DNA of 64,000 bases, from positions 4,320-68,319 of the forward strand of contig CAZGOG010000003.1 of assembly GCA_964527555.1 (NCBI GenBank), written 5' to 3'. The first letter of the stretch is position 1. Each line of letters opens with the position of its first letter. The DNA is from an uncultured Planctomycetia bacterium. GTDB taxonomy: Bacteria > Omnitrophota > Gorgyraeia > Tantalellales > Tantalellaceae. The translations under genes and the position numbers were made by a program. This document shows, in pieces, positions 28,396 to 36,672 of the stretch. The notes beneath the pieces are model-generated. The model searched no databases. It saw only the letters and a list, made by a program, of their open reading frames with translations, and was not told the DNA's origin.

Positions 28396-30414
28396 GTGCC
28401 GAAAAAGATAAAATTATCATTGATTTCAACGATCCTGGTTCTTATGAGCTCACAGGTGTTTTCTCTGGAAGAGGAAGTGGTCAGACTTGAGCCCATCGTA
28501 ATCACGCCGACCAGGGGCAGCGATGAAATATCGGACGTGACTAAGAGTGTGACAGTTATTTCCCGGGAGGATCTCAAGCGTACGAAAGCGGACTATCTGC
28601 CTGAACTTATCCGCTCTAGAAGCGGTATTACGGTTACAGATTATCTGGGTAACCCCAAAGGTACGCTGGTTGATATAAGGGGTTTCGGGGAGACGAGCAC
28701 TTCCAACGTCCTTGTTCTTGTTGACGGCAGAAGGACCAATCAGGTGGATCTATCCGGGACGGATTGGTCTCAGATAGACCTGGACTCAGTCGAGAGGATA
28801 GAGATAGTACGCGGGCCGGCAACCGTTCTTTACGGGGATAATGCTGCAGCCGGTGTCATCAATATAATCACAAAGAGAGGCGAGCTGGAGGAGCCGACCA
28901 TATCTCTGGGCGGTACGCTTGGAAGCTATGACTATAAGAAAGGATATGTCAGCGCGTCGGGTAGCACAAGCTTTATGGATTATTTCCTGAGTTATTCCCA
29001 TCATGAAACGGACGGCTACAGGGCCAATAACGCTTACTGGGCAAATGATTATTTTAGCGGCTTTACCATGCATCCGACGGCGACTTTCACCATAGACCTT
29101 TCTTGCGGGTATCACCGTGACAGGTACGGAATGCCCGGAGCGTTATATCCGGCCGAGATCGCCGTCGTAGGCAGGAGGGGAACGACGCATCCGGATGACA
29201 AAGCTTCGACGGCGGATTTTTTCTTTAAGATAAACCCGCAGATAGAGTTCGCCTTAGCCGGGAGCGACGTGACGCTATCGTTTTTCAATTCATACAGGGT
29301 CCGCCGCAGTAACGGTCTTAATGTATCTATGTGGGGAGAATTTGAGACCGTGCATTACATAAGGACGTACGAGCTTAAACCCAAGATCGAAGTCACGACA
29401 GAGTTAGATGACATCGACAACACTTTGATCATGGGGCTGGACTTTTTTAACGCGCGTGATGCCGTCCTGAGCGGTAACCGCATAGGGAATATGCAGGATA
29501 AGACCGATATCATAAAGAACGCTTTGGGGGTCTATGCCCATGACAGTATCAAGCTATGGGACAGGGTTTTGTTTAACGGCGGGGTAAGGGGGGAATGGGC
29601 AGACTATGATTTTAACCAGGAGAAGCTTCTCGCCAATCATGACTCCAAAAAAATCAGGATAGTTGCCTATAATACCGGGTGCGGGTACAAGTATAATGAG
29701 ATGTCCGAAGTATATTTTGACTTTTCCAGTTCCTTCCGTCTGCCTAATACGGAAGAATACTATCAGAATAAAGGCGTTTTTTGGGGCGTTCCCTACGGGG
29801 GGCTTAACACCGATCTTAAGTACCAGCAGTCCACCGGTTATGAGTTAGGGGCCAGGGACAATACCTTTGATTGGCTGAGTTTCGCTTCCAGCGTATTCCT
29901 TATGGATGTAAAGAATGAGATATATTTTGACCCGTCGACGTTTAAAAACTCCAACTATCTTCCTGAGGTGCGCCACTATGGTCTTGAGCTTGAAGGCAGA
30001 TTCGATTTCTTTGAGGGTAAGCTGAAACCCTTTGCGGCATGGACGCTTCAGAAGTCTTACTTCAGAGGCGGCACTTATGACGGCAATTGCGTTCCTTTTG
30101 TGCCCGGGAACACGGTTTCGGCAGGGGTGACGGTTACGCCGCTTGAGAACTTTAATGCCACGCTTCTAGCCAGTTACGTCGGCAGGAGATACCTTATAAG
30201 CGACGGGAAGAACATCGCCCCGGAACTGAAGGATTATACCGTTTTTGATATAGTAGTAGATTACACTTATAAAGGGATAAGCGTGTTCGCTGCGGTGAAG
30301 AACCTGTTTGCCAAGGAATATTACGCTTACGGCGTAAGCAACGCTTTCGGGGTCGAGACTTTTTATCCCGCCAGTGAGAGAAGGTTCGAGTTCGGGTTTT
30401 CATGCCGATTTTAA
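28396..30414 (+). CDS. TonB-dependent outer-membrane receptor (BtuB-like cobalamin receptor)
   Basis: Signal peptide, TonB box-like EEVVRLEPIVITPTR, plug domain (IEIVRGPATVLYGDNAAAGVINI), 22-strand barrel-length sequence ending in F. Preceded by the B12 riboswitch. Confidence 0.85.
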   Translation: MPKKIKLSLISTILVLMSSQVFSLEEEVVRLEPIVITPTRGSDEISDVTKSVTVISREDLKRTKADYLPELIRSRSGITVTDYLGNPKGTLVDIRGFGETSTSNVLVLVDGRRTNQVDLSGTDWSQIDLDSVERIEIVRGPATVLYGDNAAAGVINIITKRGELEEPTISLGGTLGSYDYKKGYVSASGSTSFMDYFLSYSHHETDGYRANNAYWANDYFSGFTMHPTATFTIDLSCGYHRDRYGMPGALYPAEIAVVGRRGTTHPDDKASTADFFFKINPQIEFALAGSDVTLSFFNSYRVRRSNGLNVSMWGEFETVHYIRTYELKPKIEVTTELDDIDNTLIMGLDFFNARDAVLSGNRIGNMQDKTDIIKNALGVYAHDSIKLWDRVLFNGGVRGEWADYDFNQEKLLANHDSKKIRIVAYNTGCGYKYNEMSEVYFDFSSSFRLPNTEEYYQNKGVFWGVPYGGLNTDLKYQQSTGYELGARDNTFDWLSFASSVFLMDVKNEIYFDPSTFKNSNYLPEVRHYGLELEGRFDFFEGKLKPFAAWTLQKSYFRGGTYDGNCVPFVPGNTVSAGVTVTPLENFNATLLASYVGRRYLISDGKNIAPELKDYTVFDIVVDYTYKGISVFAAVKNLFAKEYYAYGVSNAFGVETFYPASERRFEFGFSCRF

Positions 30415-30437
30415 GGTGCGCATTTTTCGTGTCTTTG

Positions 30438-30446
30438 TGCTATAAT
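30438..30446 (+). promoter_or_regulatory. extended -10 promoter element (TGcTATAAT) upstream of tonB
   Basis: TG at 30438-30439 followed by TATAAT at 30441-30446 in an AT-rich intergenic region. Confidence 0.4.
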
Positions 30447-30486
30447 ATTTCAAAGTTTAAAATATCATAATATATAAATATCTCAT

Positions 30487-31053
30487 ATGTTCAGCGACCC
30501 AATATTTAGAGCGGCTGTCGGGGTATCACTTCTGGCGCATTTAGCATTCGTGGTGCCGCATGGTTTTTTCTTTCCCAGGGGAAAAACTACCCCCAAAGAC
30601 CCGGCAAATTTGAATTATATAGTGATAGAGGAAGCCCGGTTGACTGAGGACAATGAGGTTTACACGCCGGAGGCTTCCAAGGAGGAAAAAGCAGAAGAGT
30701 ACGTAGAAAAAGAAGTGGAAACCTTTTCAGGTGAAGTCAAGACCGAAAAGGCGACCGAGATAAAAAGACAGGAAGCTTTTCTTAAGTATTACAATTTGAT
30801 CAGGGAGAAGATACGAGCGGAGATATACTCTAGCTTTAAGAGGCGCGAGACAGGGGAAGTGCGAGTCACATTTGTTTTGAGTTCAGACGGACATCTTCTA
30901 AGTATAGCAGAGGCAGTTTCAGGCAGCTCCTCTGTGCTCAAAAAGAAAGCCATCGAAGGGGTAAAAGAGGCGCAGCCCTTCCCTCCGTTTCCGAAAGAAA
31001 TGAGAAGTGCTCCCATAAATTTTTCTCTTACTATCAGGTTTAATTCGAAGTGA
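30487..31053 (+). CDS. tonB: energy transducer TonB
   Basis: N-terminal TM helix, a charged/proline-poor linker, and a C-terminal TonB-C domain (VRVTFVLSSDGHLLSIAEAVSGSS...FPPFP). Confidence 0.75.
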   Translation: MFSDPIFRAAVGVSLLAHLAFVVPHGFFFPRGKTTPKDPANLNYIVIEEARLTEDNEVYTPEASKEEKAEEYVEKEVETFSGEVKTEKATEIKRQEAFLKYYNLIREKIRAEIYSSFKRRETGEVRVTFVLSSDGHLLSIAEAVSGSSSVLKKKAIEGVKEAQPFPPFPKEMRSAPINFSLTIRFNSK

Positions 31054-31090
31054 TTTTTCTCGTTTTATTAATTTTTATAAAAGAAGTGAA

Positions 31091-32200
31091 ATGAGCCAGT
31101 TTATAATAGAGCTTGCGAAAGAGACTGACGATCCAGGCATACGGGACCTCCTGAGTAATATCCCGATGGAGGGGGATATTGAGATGTCTTTCCACAGGGA
31201 CCCGAGTGTTTTTTACAGCCTGGGCGTGCAGGGTAAATTCAATCAGATAGTAGTCGCCAGAGACACTAAGCGCGGCAGAATAGTCGCCAGCCAGACCAGG
31301 TCCATAAAACCCGTATACATTAACGGCGAAGTTAAAAACCTTGGCTATACGAGTTACCTCAGGATACTTCCTGAGTACAGGCGCTCGACACTGCTTGGCA
31401 GAGGGCTTAAATATTTTAAAACTTTAAACGAAGACGGCAGGGTTTCGGTATATGTAACCTCTATTTTCGATAGCAATGAATACGCAAAGAAATGGATGGT
31501 ATCCGGCAAAGCCGGCATGCCTATAACTTATGAGCTGGGGGCGTATCACACTTTTTCTATTATTCCTTTCCGCAGGAAGAAAGAGATAAAAACCGATCTC
31601 AAGGTTGAGAGAGGTTCGAGGGAAAACTTAGGAGGGATCCTCGAGTGTCTGGCGCGTTATGGCCGTGAAAAACAGTTCTACCCGTATTACACGCGGGAGG
31701 ATTTTATTCCGGGCGCCACTTACTCGAGAGATTTTAACGTAGAGGATTTTTATATTGCTTTAAAGGGCGACAAAATAGTGGGTGTAATCGCCAAATGGGA
31801 CCAGAACGGGTATAAACAGACAGTCATCAACAGATATAACGGGAAAATGAGACGCTTAAAGCCTCTGGTAAACTTTGGGTCTAGACTGTTGGGATACCCC
31901 CCCATGCCGGAAGCCGGAGACTATTTGAGGTTCTTTCAGGTAAGTTTTATTGCCATTATGGATAACGACGTAGATGTTTTCCGCATCCTGCTCCGCAGGC
32001 TATATAACGATAATATCGGCGGGGCGCACACTACTTTTCTGGTCGGACTTCATTCGAAGGATCCTTTAATAAAAGCACTTGAAGAATATCACCATTTCAA
32101 ATATGATAGTCGGATATATCTTTTCGGCTGGGAGGAAAACAGGAAAGATCTTGATGATGTTGATTCGAGGATTCCATACTTTGAAATAGGAAGATTATGA
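31091..32200 (+). CDS. GNAT-fold-like acyltransferase of unknown specificity (two-domain, 369 aa)
   Basis: Segments resembling GNAT motif A (YRRSTLLGRGLKYF) and a second alpha/beta half. No confident family assignment possible by eye. Translationally coupled to the next gene. Confidence 0.45.
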   Translation: MSQFIIELAKETDDPGIRDLLSNIPMEGDIEMSFHRDPSVFYSLGVQGKFNQIVVARDTKRGRIVASQTRSIKPVYINGEVKNLGYTSYLRILPEYRRSTLLGRGLKYFKTLNEDGRVSVYVTSIFDSNEYAKKWMVSGKAGMPITYELGAYHTFSIIPFRRKKEIKTDLKVERGSRENLGGILECLARYGREKQFYPYYTREDFIPGATYSRDFNVEDFYIALKGDKIVGVIAKWDQNGYKQTVINRYNGKMRRLKPLVNFGSRLLGYPPMPEAGDYLRFFQVSFIAIMDNDVDVFRILLRRLYNDNIGGAHTTFLVGLHSKDPLIKALEEYHHFKYDSRIYLFGWEENRKDLDDVDSRIPYFEIGRL

Positions 32201-32201
32201 C

Positions 32202-32933
32202 ATGGAAACAAAAGGCACCGTTTTAAACACAAATGAACTTTCAGCTGGCCAGAAGGGCAGGATGTTCGAGCTTATGTGCATGTTCTTTAACGGCGTGGAG
32301 AAGGATAAATTCAGCAGGGATTTAAGCGAAAAAAAGTGGGTTGTCGTTCTCCAGGATACGGACTCAGGCGAGATATTCGGCTTTTCTACCCAGACTATCC
32401 TGGAAGAGAGGATCGATAGCACACCCGTTAAAGTGATCTTTTCCGGTGACACGATAGTTCATAGGGACTATCGCTTCGGTGAAAAGGGTCTTATGAAAGC
32501 ATGGGCAGAGCTGGTTTCTTCGCTCATGATAAAGTACCAGGGGGTAAAATTCTACTGGTATCTGATATCCATGGGGTACAGGACCTACCGCTTTCTTCCT
32601 GTCTTTTTCAAGGAATTTTATCCCCGCTATGATAAAGAGACTCCGGAATTCGAGAAGAAGGTCATTGACGCGTTCGCATCCAGTAAGTATCCCGATGAAT
32701 ACGATAGTAAGATGGGGATAATACACACCAGATCAAACGGTTATTTAAAACCGGGAGTGGGGGATATAACAGAGGAGCTTTTAAAAGATCAGCATATAGA
32801 GTTTTTTGTCAAGAGGAACCCGCTTCATGCTGAGGGGGAAGAGCTGGCCTGTATCGCTGAGCTGGTCAAGGATAACCTTAATCCGGTAGCCTTCAGGATG
32901 CTTTCCAAAGATAATCCACTACGTTTCTTATAA
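32202..32933 (+). CDS. GNAT-like (N-acyltransferase-like) protein, 243 aa
   Basis: HRDYRFGEKGLMKAW resembles GNAT motif A (R-x-x-G-x-G). Only a 1-nt gap from the previous stop and a 2-nt gap to the next gene. Confidence 0.45.
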   Translation: METKGTVLNTNELSAGQKGRMFELMCMFFNGVEKDKFSRDLSEKKWVVVLQDTDSGEIFGFSTQTILEERIDSTPVKVIFSGDTIVHRDYRFGEKGLMKAWAELVSSLMIKYQGVKFYWYLISMGYRTYRFLPVFFKEFYPRYDKETPEFEKKVIDAFASSKYPDEYDSKMGIIHTRSNGYLKPGVGDITEELLKDQHIEFFVKRNPLHAEGEELACIAELVKDNLNPVAFRMLSKDNPLRFL

Positions 32934-32935
32934 TC

Positions 32936-34645
32936 ATGAGATTGATGTCTTTAGCGATGAATATTTTGCTTTTAGCGGTGCGCCTGGGCGGGTATCTTTC
33001 TTTTAACCGGGCAAGGCGCAGTGTGCAAAAAACCCAGGAGAAATTGCTAAACAGAATAATTCTCAAGAATAAAGAGAGCCGTTTCGGCCGGGAACATGAC
33101 TTCTCCTCGATAGAGAGTGTTTCCAGTTACAGATCTAAAGTGCCTGTTTCAACCTTTGATTCGTATCTGGCCGATGTCGATTCTATTTTAAACGGGGAGA
33201 AAAATGTCCTCACGAAAGAGCCCGTCCTATTCCTGCAGCCCTCAAGCGGCTCGACAGCCGAGAGCAAGTATATTCCTTTCACAAAAAGCTTGAAGAACGA
33301 GTTTTTAAGAGGCATCAGACCCTGGTTTTTCGACCTTTTCGTTAAACGGAGGCGACTTCTAGGGGGCAAGGCATACTGGTCTATAAGCCCGGCAGGAAGT
33401 AAACTGAAGAAGGCGGGTGTAAAGCCTGCCATCGGCTTTGATGACAGCGAGTATTTCAGCCTGGCGGAGAAGACCCTGCTGAAGCTTCTAAGCGCAGTGC
33501 CTTTGGAAATACAAGAGGTACAAGACTTCCGGGATTTTAAATACGTGAGTTTACTGTTTCTCCTGAAGGAGAAGAGTCTCACCTTTATATCAGTCTGGAA
33601 TCCGACTTTCCTGACCATTCTACTGGAGGATCTTCTCTCCTGGAGCGATAATCTCGTAAGCGATATAGGGGATGGCAGGATCACCGGCACTTTAAATATC
33701 GATGAAGATTTAAAAAAGAAGCTTACTCGCCATTTGAAAAAAGACGCAAAAAGAGCGGAGGAGCTCCGCGGGATTTTCAGGCAAGCCAAAGGTCCTTCTA
33801 TTTCCGGTGGTAAGGCGCTGCACGGGAGGATATGGCCGCACCTGGCTGTAATCAGCTGCTGGGCTGACGGGAATGCTTCCCGCCACATAAAAGAGATAAA
33901 AGAGATATTCCCGAACGTGGAAATACAGCCCAAAGGCCTCTTGGCGACTGAGGCTTTTGTCTCTTTCCCCGTGGTGGGGGATGAAGGATCGGCCCTTGCG
34001 GTTAATTCCCATTTTTTTGAATTCATTGAAATCGAAAAAGAGGGGGGAACTACCGGCGGGGACACAAAGTTAGCACACGAACTCGAGGCGAAGAGGAGCT
34101 ACTCGCCTGTAATAACGACGGGAGGGGGCCTCTACCGTTACCACTTGCAGGATATCATTGAGGTCCTAAAGGTTAAAAACGGCCTTGCTTTTATCAGGTT
34201 TATCGGAAAGAGCGATAATGTCTCGGATCTGATGGGTGAGAAACTAAACGCGTTACATGTAGAAAGCGTCCTCGCTGAAGTGATCGGGGAACATGATCTT
34301 GAGCCTGAATTTTTCATGATGGCACCGGAGAAGGACGAGAGAGGCCGTTATTACTACACCTTTTTTATAAAGTCTCCGGAAAAAAGCGATGAATGCCTGC
34401 TCGCGGCGGCAGGGGAAATAGAGAAGAAGCTTTCCGGGAACTTTCATTACGGGTACTCGAGGAAGCTGGACCAGCTAGGGCGTGTAAGAATTTTTGTCAT
34501 CGAAGAAGATTCAGCTTCCTCGAGGGATAAATATTTGATGCGCCAGGTGCGGGAAGGCAGAAAAGCGGGCGATATCAAGCCCATGATTTTGGAGAGGAGC
34601 ACCGGATGGTCAGAAGTTTTTAAAGGCAGATTTATCGGCGTTTAA
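32936..34645 (+). CDS. GH3-family adenylate-forming acyl-acid amido synthetase homolog
   Basis: 569 aa. SSGSTAESKYIP (GH3/ANL phosphate-binding motif), GLYRYHLQDIIEV (GH3 hinge motif), and overall GH3 length. Confidence 0.8.
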   Translation: MRLMSLAMNILLLAVRLGGYLSFNRARRSVQKTQEKLLNRIILKNKESRFGREHDFSSIESVSSYRSKVPVSTFDSYLADVDSILNGEKNVLTKEPVLFLQPSSGSTAESKYIPFTKSLKNEFLRGIRPWFFDLFVKRRRLLGGKAYWSISPAGSKLKKAGVKPAIGFDDSEYFSLAEKTLLKLLSAVPLEIQEVQDFRDFKYVSLLFLLKEKSLTFISVWNPTFLTILLEDLLSWSDNLVSDIGDGRITGTLNIDEDLKKKLTRHLKKDAKRAEELRGIFRQAKGPSISGGKALHGRIWPHLAVISCWADGNASRHIKEIKEIFPNVEIQPKGLLATEAFVSFPVVGDEGSALAVNSHFFEFIEIEKEGGTTGGDTKLAHELEAKRSYSPVITTGGGLYRYHLQDIIEVLKVKNGLAFIRFIGKSDNVSDLMGEKLNALHVESVLAEVIGEHDLEPEFFMMAPEKDERGRYYYTFFIKSPEKSDECLLAAAGEIEKKLSGNFHYGYSRKLDQLGRVRIFVIEEDSASSRDKYLMRQVREGRKAGDIKPMILERSTGWSEVFKGRFIGV

Positions 34646-34685
34646 ATGTTGATTTTCAGCCCGGAGTAGAGTATACTTAAAATGT

Positions 34686-34710
34686 AAAATATTTAAAAAA
34701 TTTAAATATT
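34686..34710 (+). promoter_or_regulatory. perfect 10-bp inverted repeat (AATATTTAAA n3 TTTAAATATT), candidate MarR operator
   Basis: Located 20 nt upstream of the marR start codon in an AT-rich promoter region. Confidence 0.4.
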
Positions 34711-34730
34711 AAAACTTAGGAGCTTTTAAA

Positions 34731-35186
34731 ATGACAGAAAAAATTAATAGCGCCCGTTTCAGCGAGGAGATGGCAAAGATGGTACCGCGCATGCTGAGGG
34801 AGTTTACGCGCAAACAAGAGAGCATCCTTTCCAAAGGGAACATAGCTCTTCCTCATGTAGTGATCCTTGATTGTCTGAGAGAAATGGGATCTTTAACCAT
34901 GGGGGAGCTTGCCAGGATACTCAACCTCACAATGAGCGCAGTGACTGTTATAATCGATAAAATGGTTGAACTGGGACTTGTCAAGAGAGAGCGTTCCAAG
35001 CAGGACAGAAGAATCGTAAATGTGATGCTTTTAAAAAAAGGCAGGGAAACAGCGGAAAAAGTCGATGAAGCACGAAAGGTAATGACAAGTGAGATCTATT
35101 CTGTTCTTTCGGGCGAGGAGAGGGTAGAGTATTTGAGGCTGATAAGAAAAGTTTATGAAAGTCTAGGGGTGAGAGATGAAAAGTAG
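34731..35186 (+). CDS. MarR-family transcriptional regulator
   Basis: 151 aa winged helix. MGELARILNLTMSAVTVIIDKMVELGLVKRERSKQDRR is the classic MarR wHTH. Confidence 0.85.
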   Translation: MTEKINSARFSEEMAKMVPRMLREFTRKQESILSKGNIALPHVVILDCLREMGSLTMGELARILNLTMSAVTVIIDKMVELGLVKRERSKQDRRIVNVMLLKKGRETAEKVDEARKVMTSEIYSVLSGEERVEYLRLIRKVYESLGVRDEK

Positions 35187-36672
35187 AACTTTTAAAACTG
35201 CAATTTTGGCGGGCCTGGTGGCGCTCTTTGGTTTGGCTTACATTTATCCTTCGGCGGCGGAAGAGGAGAATAAGGATATCAGGGTCAGGAAGCTCTCTTT
35301 AGACGACTGTTTAAAAGACGCCCTTATAAACAGTTTTGAGGTGAGGCTGGCAAAACTTGATTATATGGTGGCAGAGACTGATGTACTCTATTCTCAAGCC
35401 GTATTTGATACTTTGGCGTTCGGAAATGTAAGTTACAGGGAAGACAAAAGCCAGCAGGAGTATACCTTTATCGGGGACGATAATCAGATAAATATGTATG
35501 GTATAGGTTTTACGAAGGAGCTCCCCATAGGGACCGAGATCGGAGTTTCATGGCAGGACACAAGAAACTGGAATAATTTCAGCAACCCCTTTTTTATCAC
35601 AAAAAACCCTTATCATGAAGCTGTTTTGACCTTTGAGGCAAAGCAGCCCGTAGGAAAGAACTTTTTCGGATATATAGACCGTAATACCGTTAACGTCACA
35701 AAGATGGCTGTCGAGAATGCGGATCTGGGGACGAAGGAAAGGATAGAGATCTTTATTGCAGAGGTTGCAAAGGCCTACTGGGCGGTGGTTGCCGCTAAGA
35801 AAAGGCTCGGTACCACTGAAGATATTTTAAAAAAAGCCCGGGCCCTTCATGAGTCGAACTCGAAAAATTATGACCTGGGGGCTATAGAAAAAGCGGACTT
35901 CCTGGCTTCAGAGGCCAACTTGATCTTAAGTGAAGCGGATGTGATATTCGCTGTTAACAGTTACCGCGAAAATGAAGAAAATCTTAAGCTTTTGCTCAAT
36001 ATGGAAGAAGACATACGCATTTATCCGGCAGAAGAGTTTAGCCTGGAAAAGTCGGAGTATGACGTCGCGACCTGTCTGCGCATTGCTTTTGAGAATAGGT
36101 GGGATTACAAGATAAGGAAGAGGGATATTGATATCAGGAATCTGGAAATAAAGATAAAGGATAACCAGATGTGGCCTGAGATAGATCTTACCGGCAGCTT
36201 CGCTATGAACGGTTTGGAGCAAAGTTTTACAAAAGCCGCGGGCAAAACAGTTGTTGCTGATAATACGAATTACGTTGTCGGAATAGAGGTATCGTTCCCC
36301 GTTGAAAACAGCGCGGCCCGCAGTGAGTTCAAAAAAGCCAAGTATGAGAAAGAGATAGCTCTTGTAAACCTTAAGGAGACGGAAAGAACAATTATAACCG
36401 AAGTCGTGAATGCTTTTAGGAATCTTCGGGCGGCTGAGACCAACGCCGTCAGCGTTTCTAGAGCCGCGAAACTTCAGGCTGAAAAGCTCGAGGAAGAGGA
36501 GAAGCGTTATAAATATGGAAGATCGATGACCAAGGTGCTTATAGACTACCAGAATGATTTATTGCGGGCTGATTTAAGGGAAACACAGGCTTTGCTCAAC
36601 ATGGAAGTCGCTAAAATCGATCTCGAAAAAGCGATGAATATCATACTTGATAAATATAAGGGGCTGTTATGA
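35176..36672 (+). CDS. TolC-family outer membrane efflux protein
   Basis: Signal peptide and two OEP repeats (LSLDDCLKDALINSFEVRLAKLD..., LLNMEVAKIDLEKAMN). Confidence 0.85.
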   Translation: MKSRTFKTAILAGLVALFGLAYIYPSAAEEENKDIRVRKLSLDDCLKDALINSFEVRLAKLDYMVAETDVLYSQAVFDTLAFGNVSYREDKSQQEYTFIGDDNQINMYGIGFTKELPIGTEIGVSWQDTRNWNNFSNPFFITKNPYHEAVLTFEAKQPVGKNFFGYIDRNTVNVTKMAVENADLGTKERIEIFIAEVAKAYWAVVAAKKRLGTTEDILKKARALHESNSKNYDLGAIEKADFLASEANLILSEADVIFAVNSYRENEENLKLLLNMEEDIRIYPAEEFSLEKSEYDVATCLRIAFENRWDYKIRKRDIDIRNLEIKIKDNQMWPEIDLTGSFAMNGLEQSFTKAAGKTVVADNTNYVVGIEVSFPVENSAARSEFKKAKYEKEIALVNLKETERTIITEVVNAFRNLRAAETNAVSVSRAAKLQAEKLEEEEKRYKYGRSMTKVLIDYQNDLLRADLRETQALLNMEVAKIDLEKAMNIILDKYKGLL

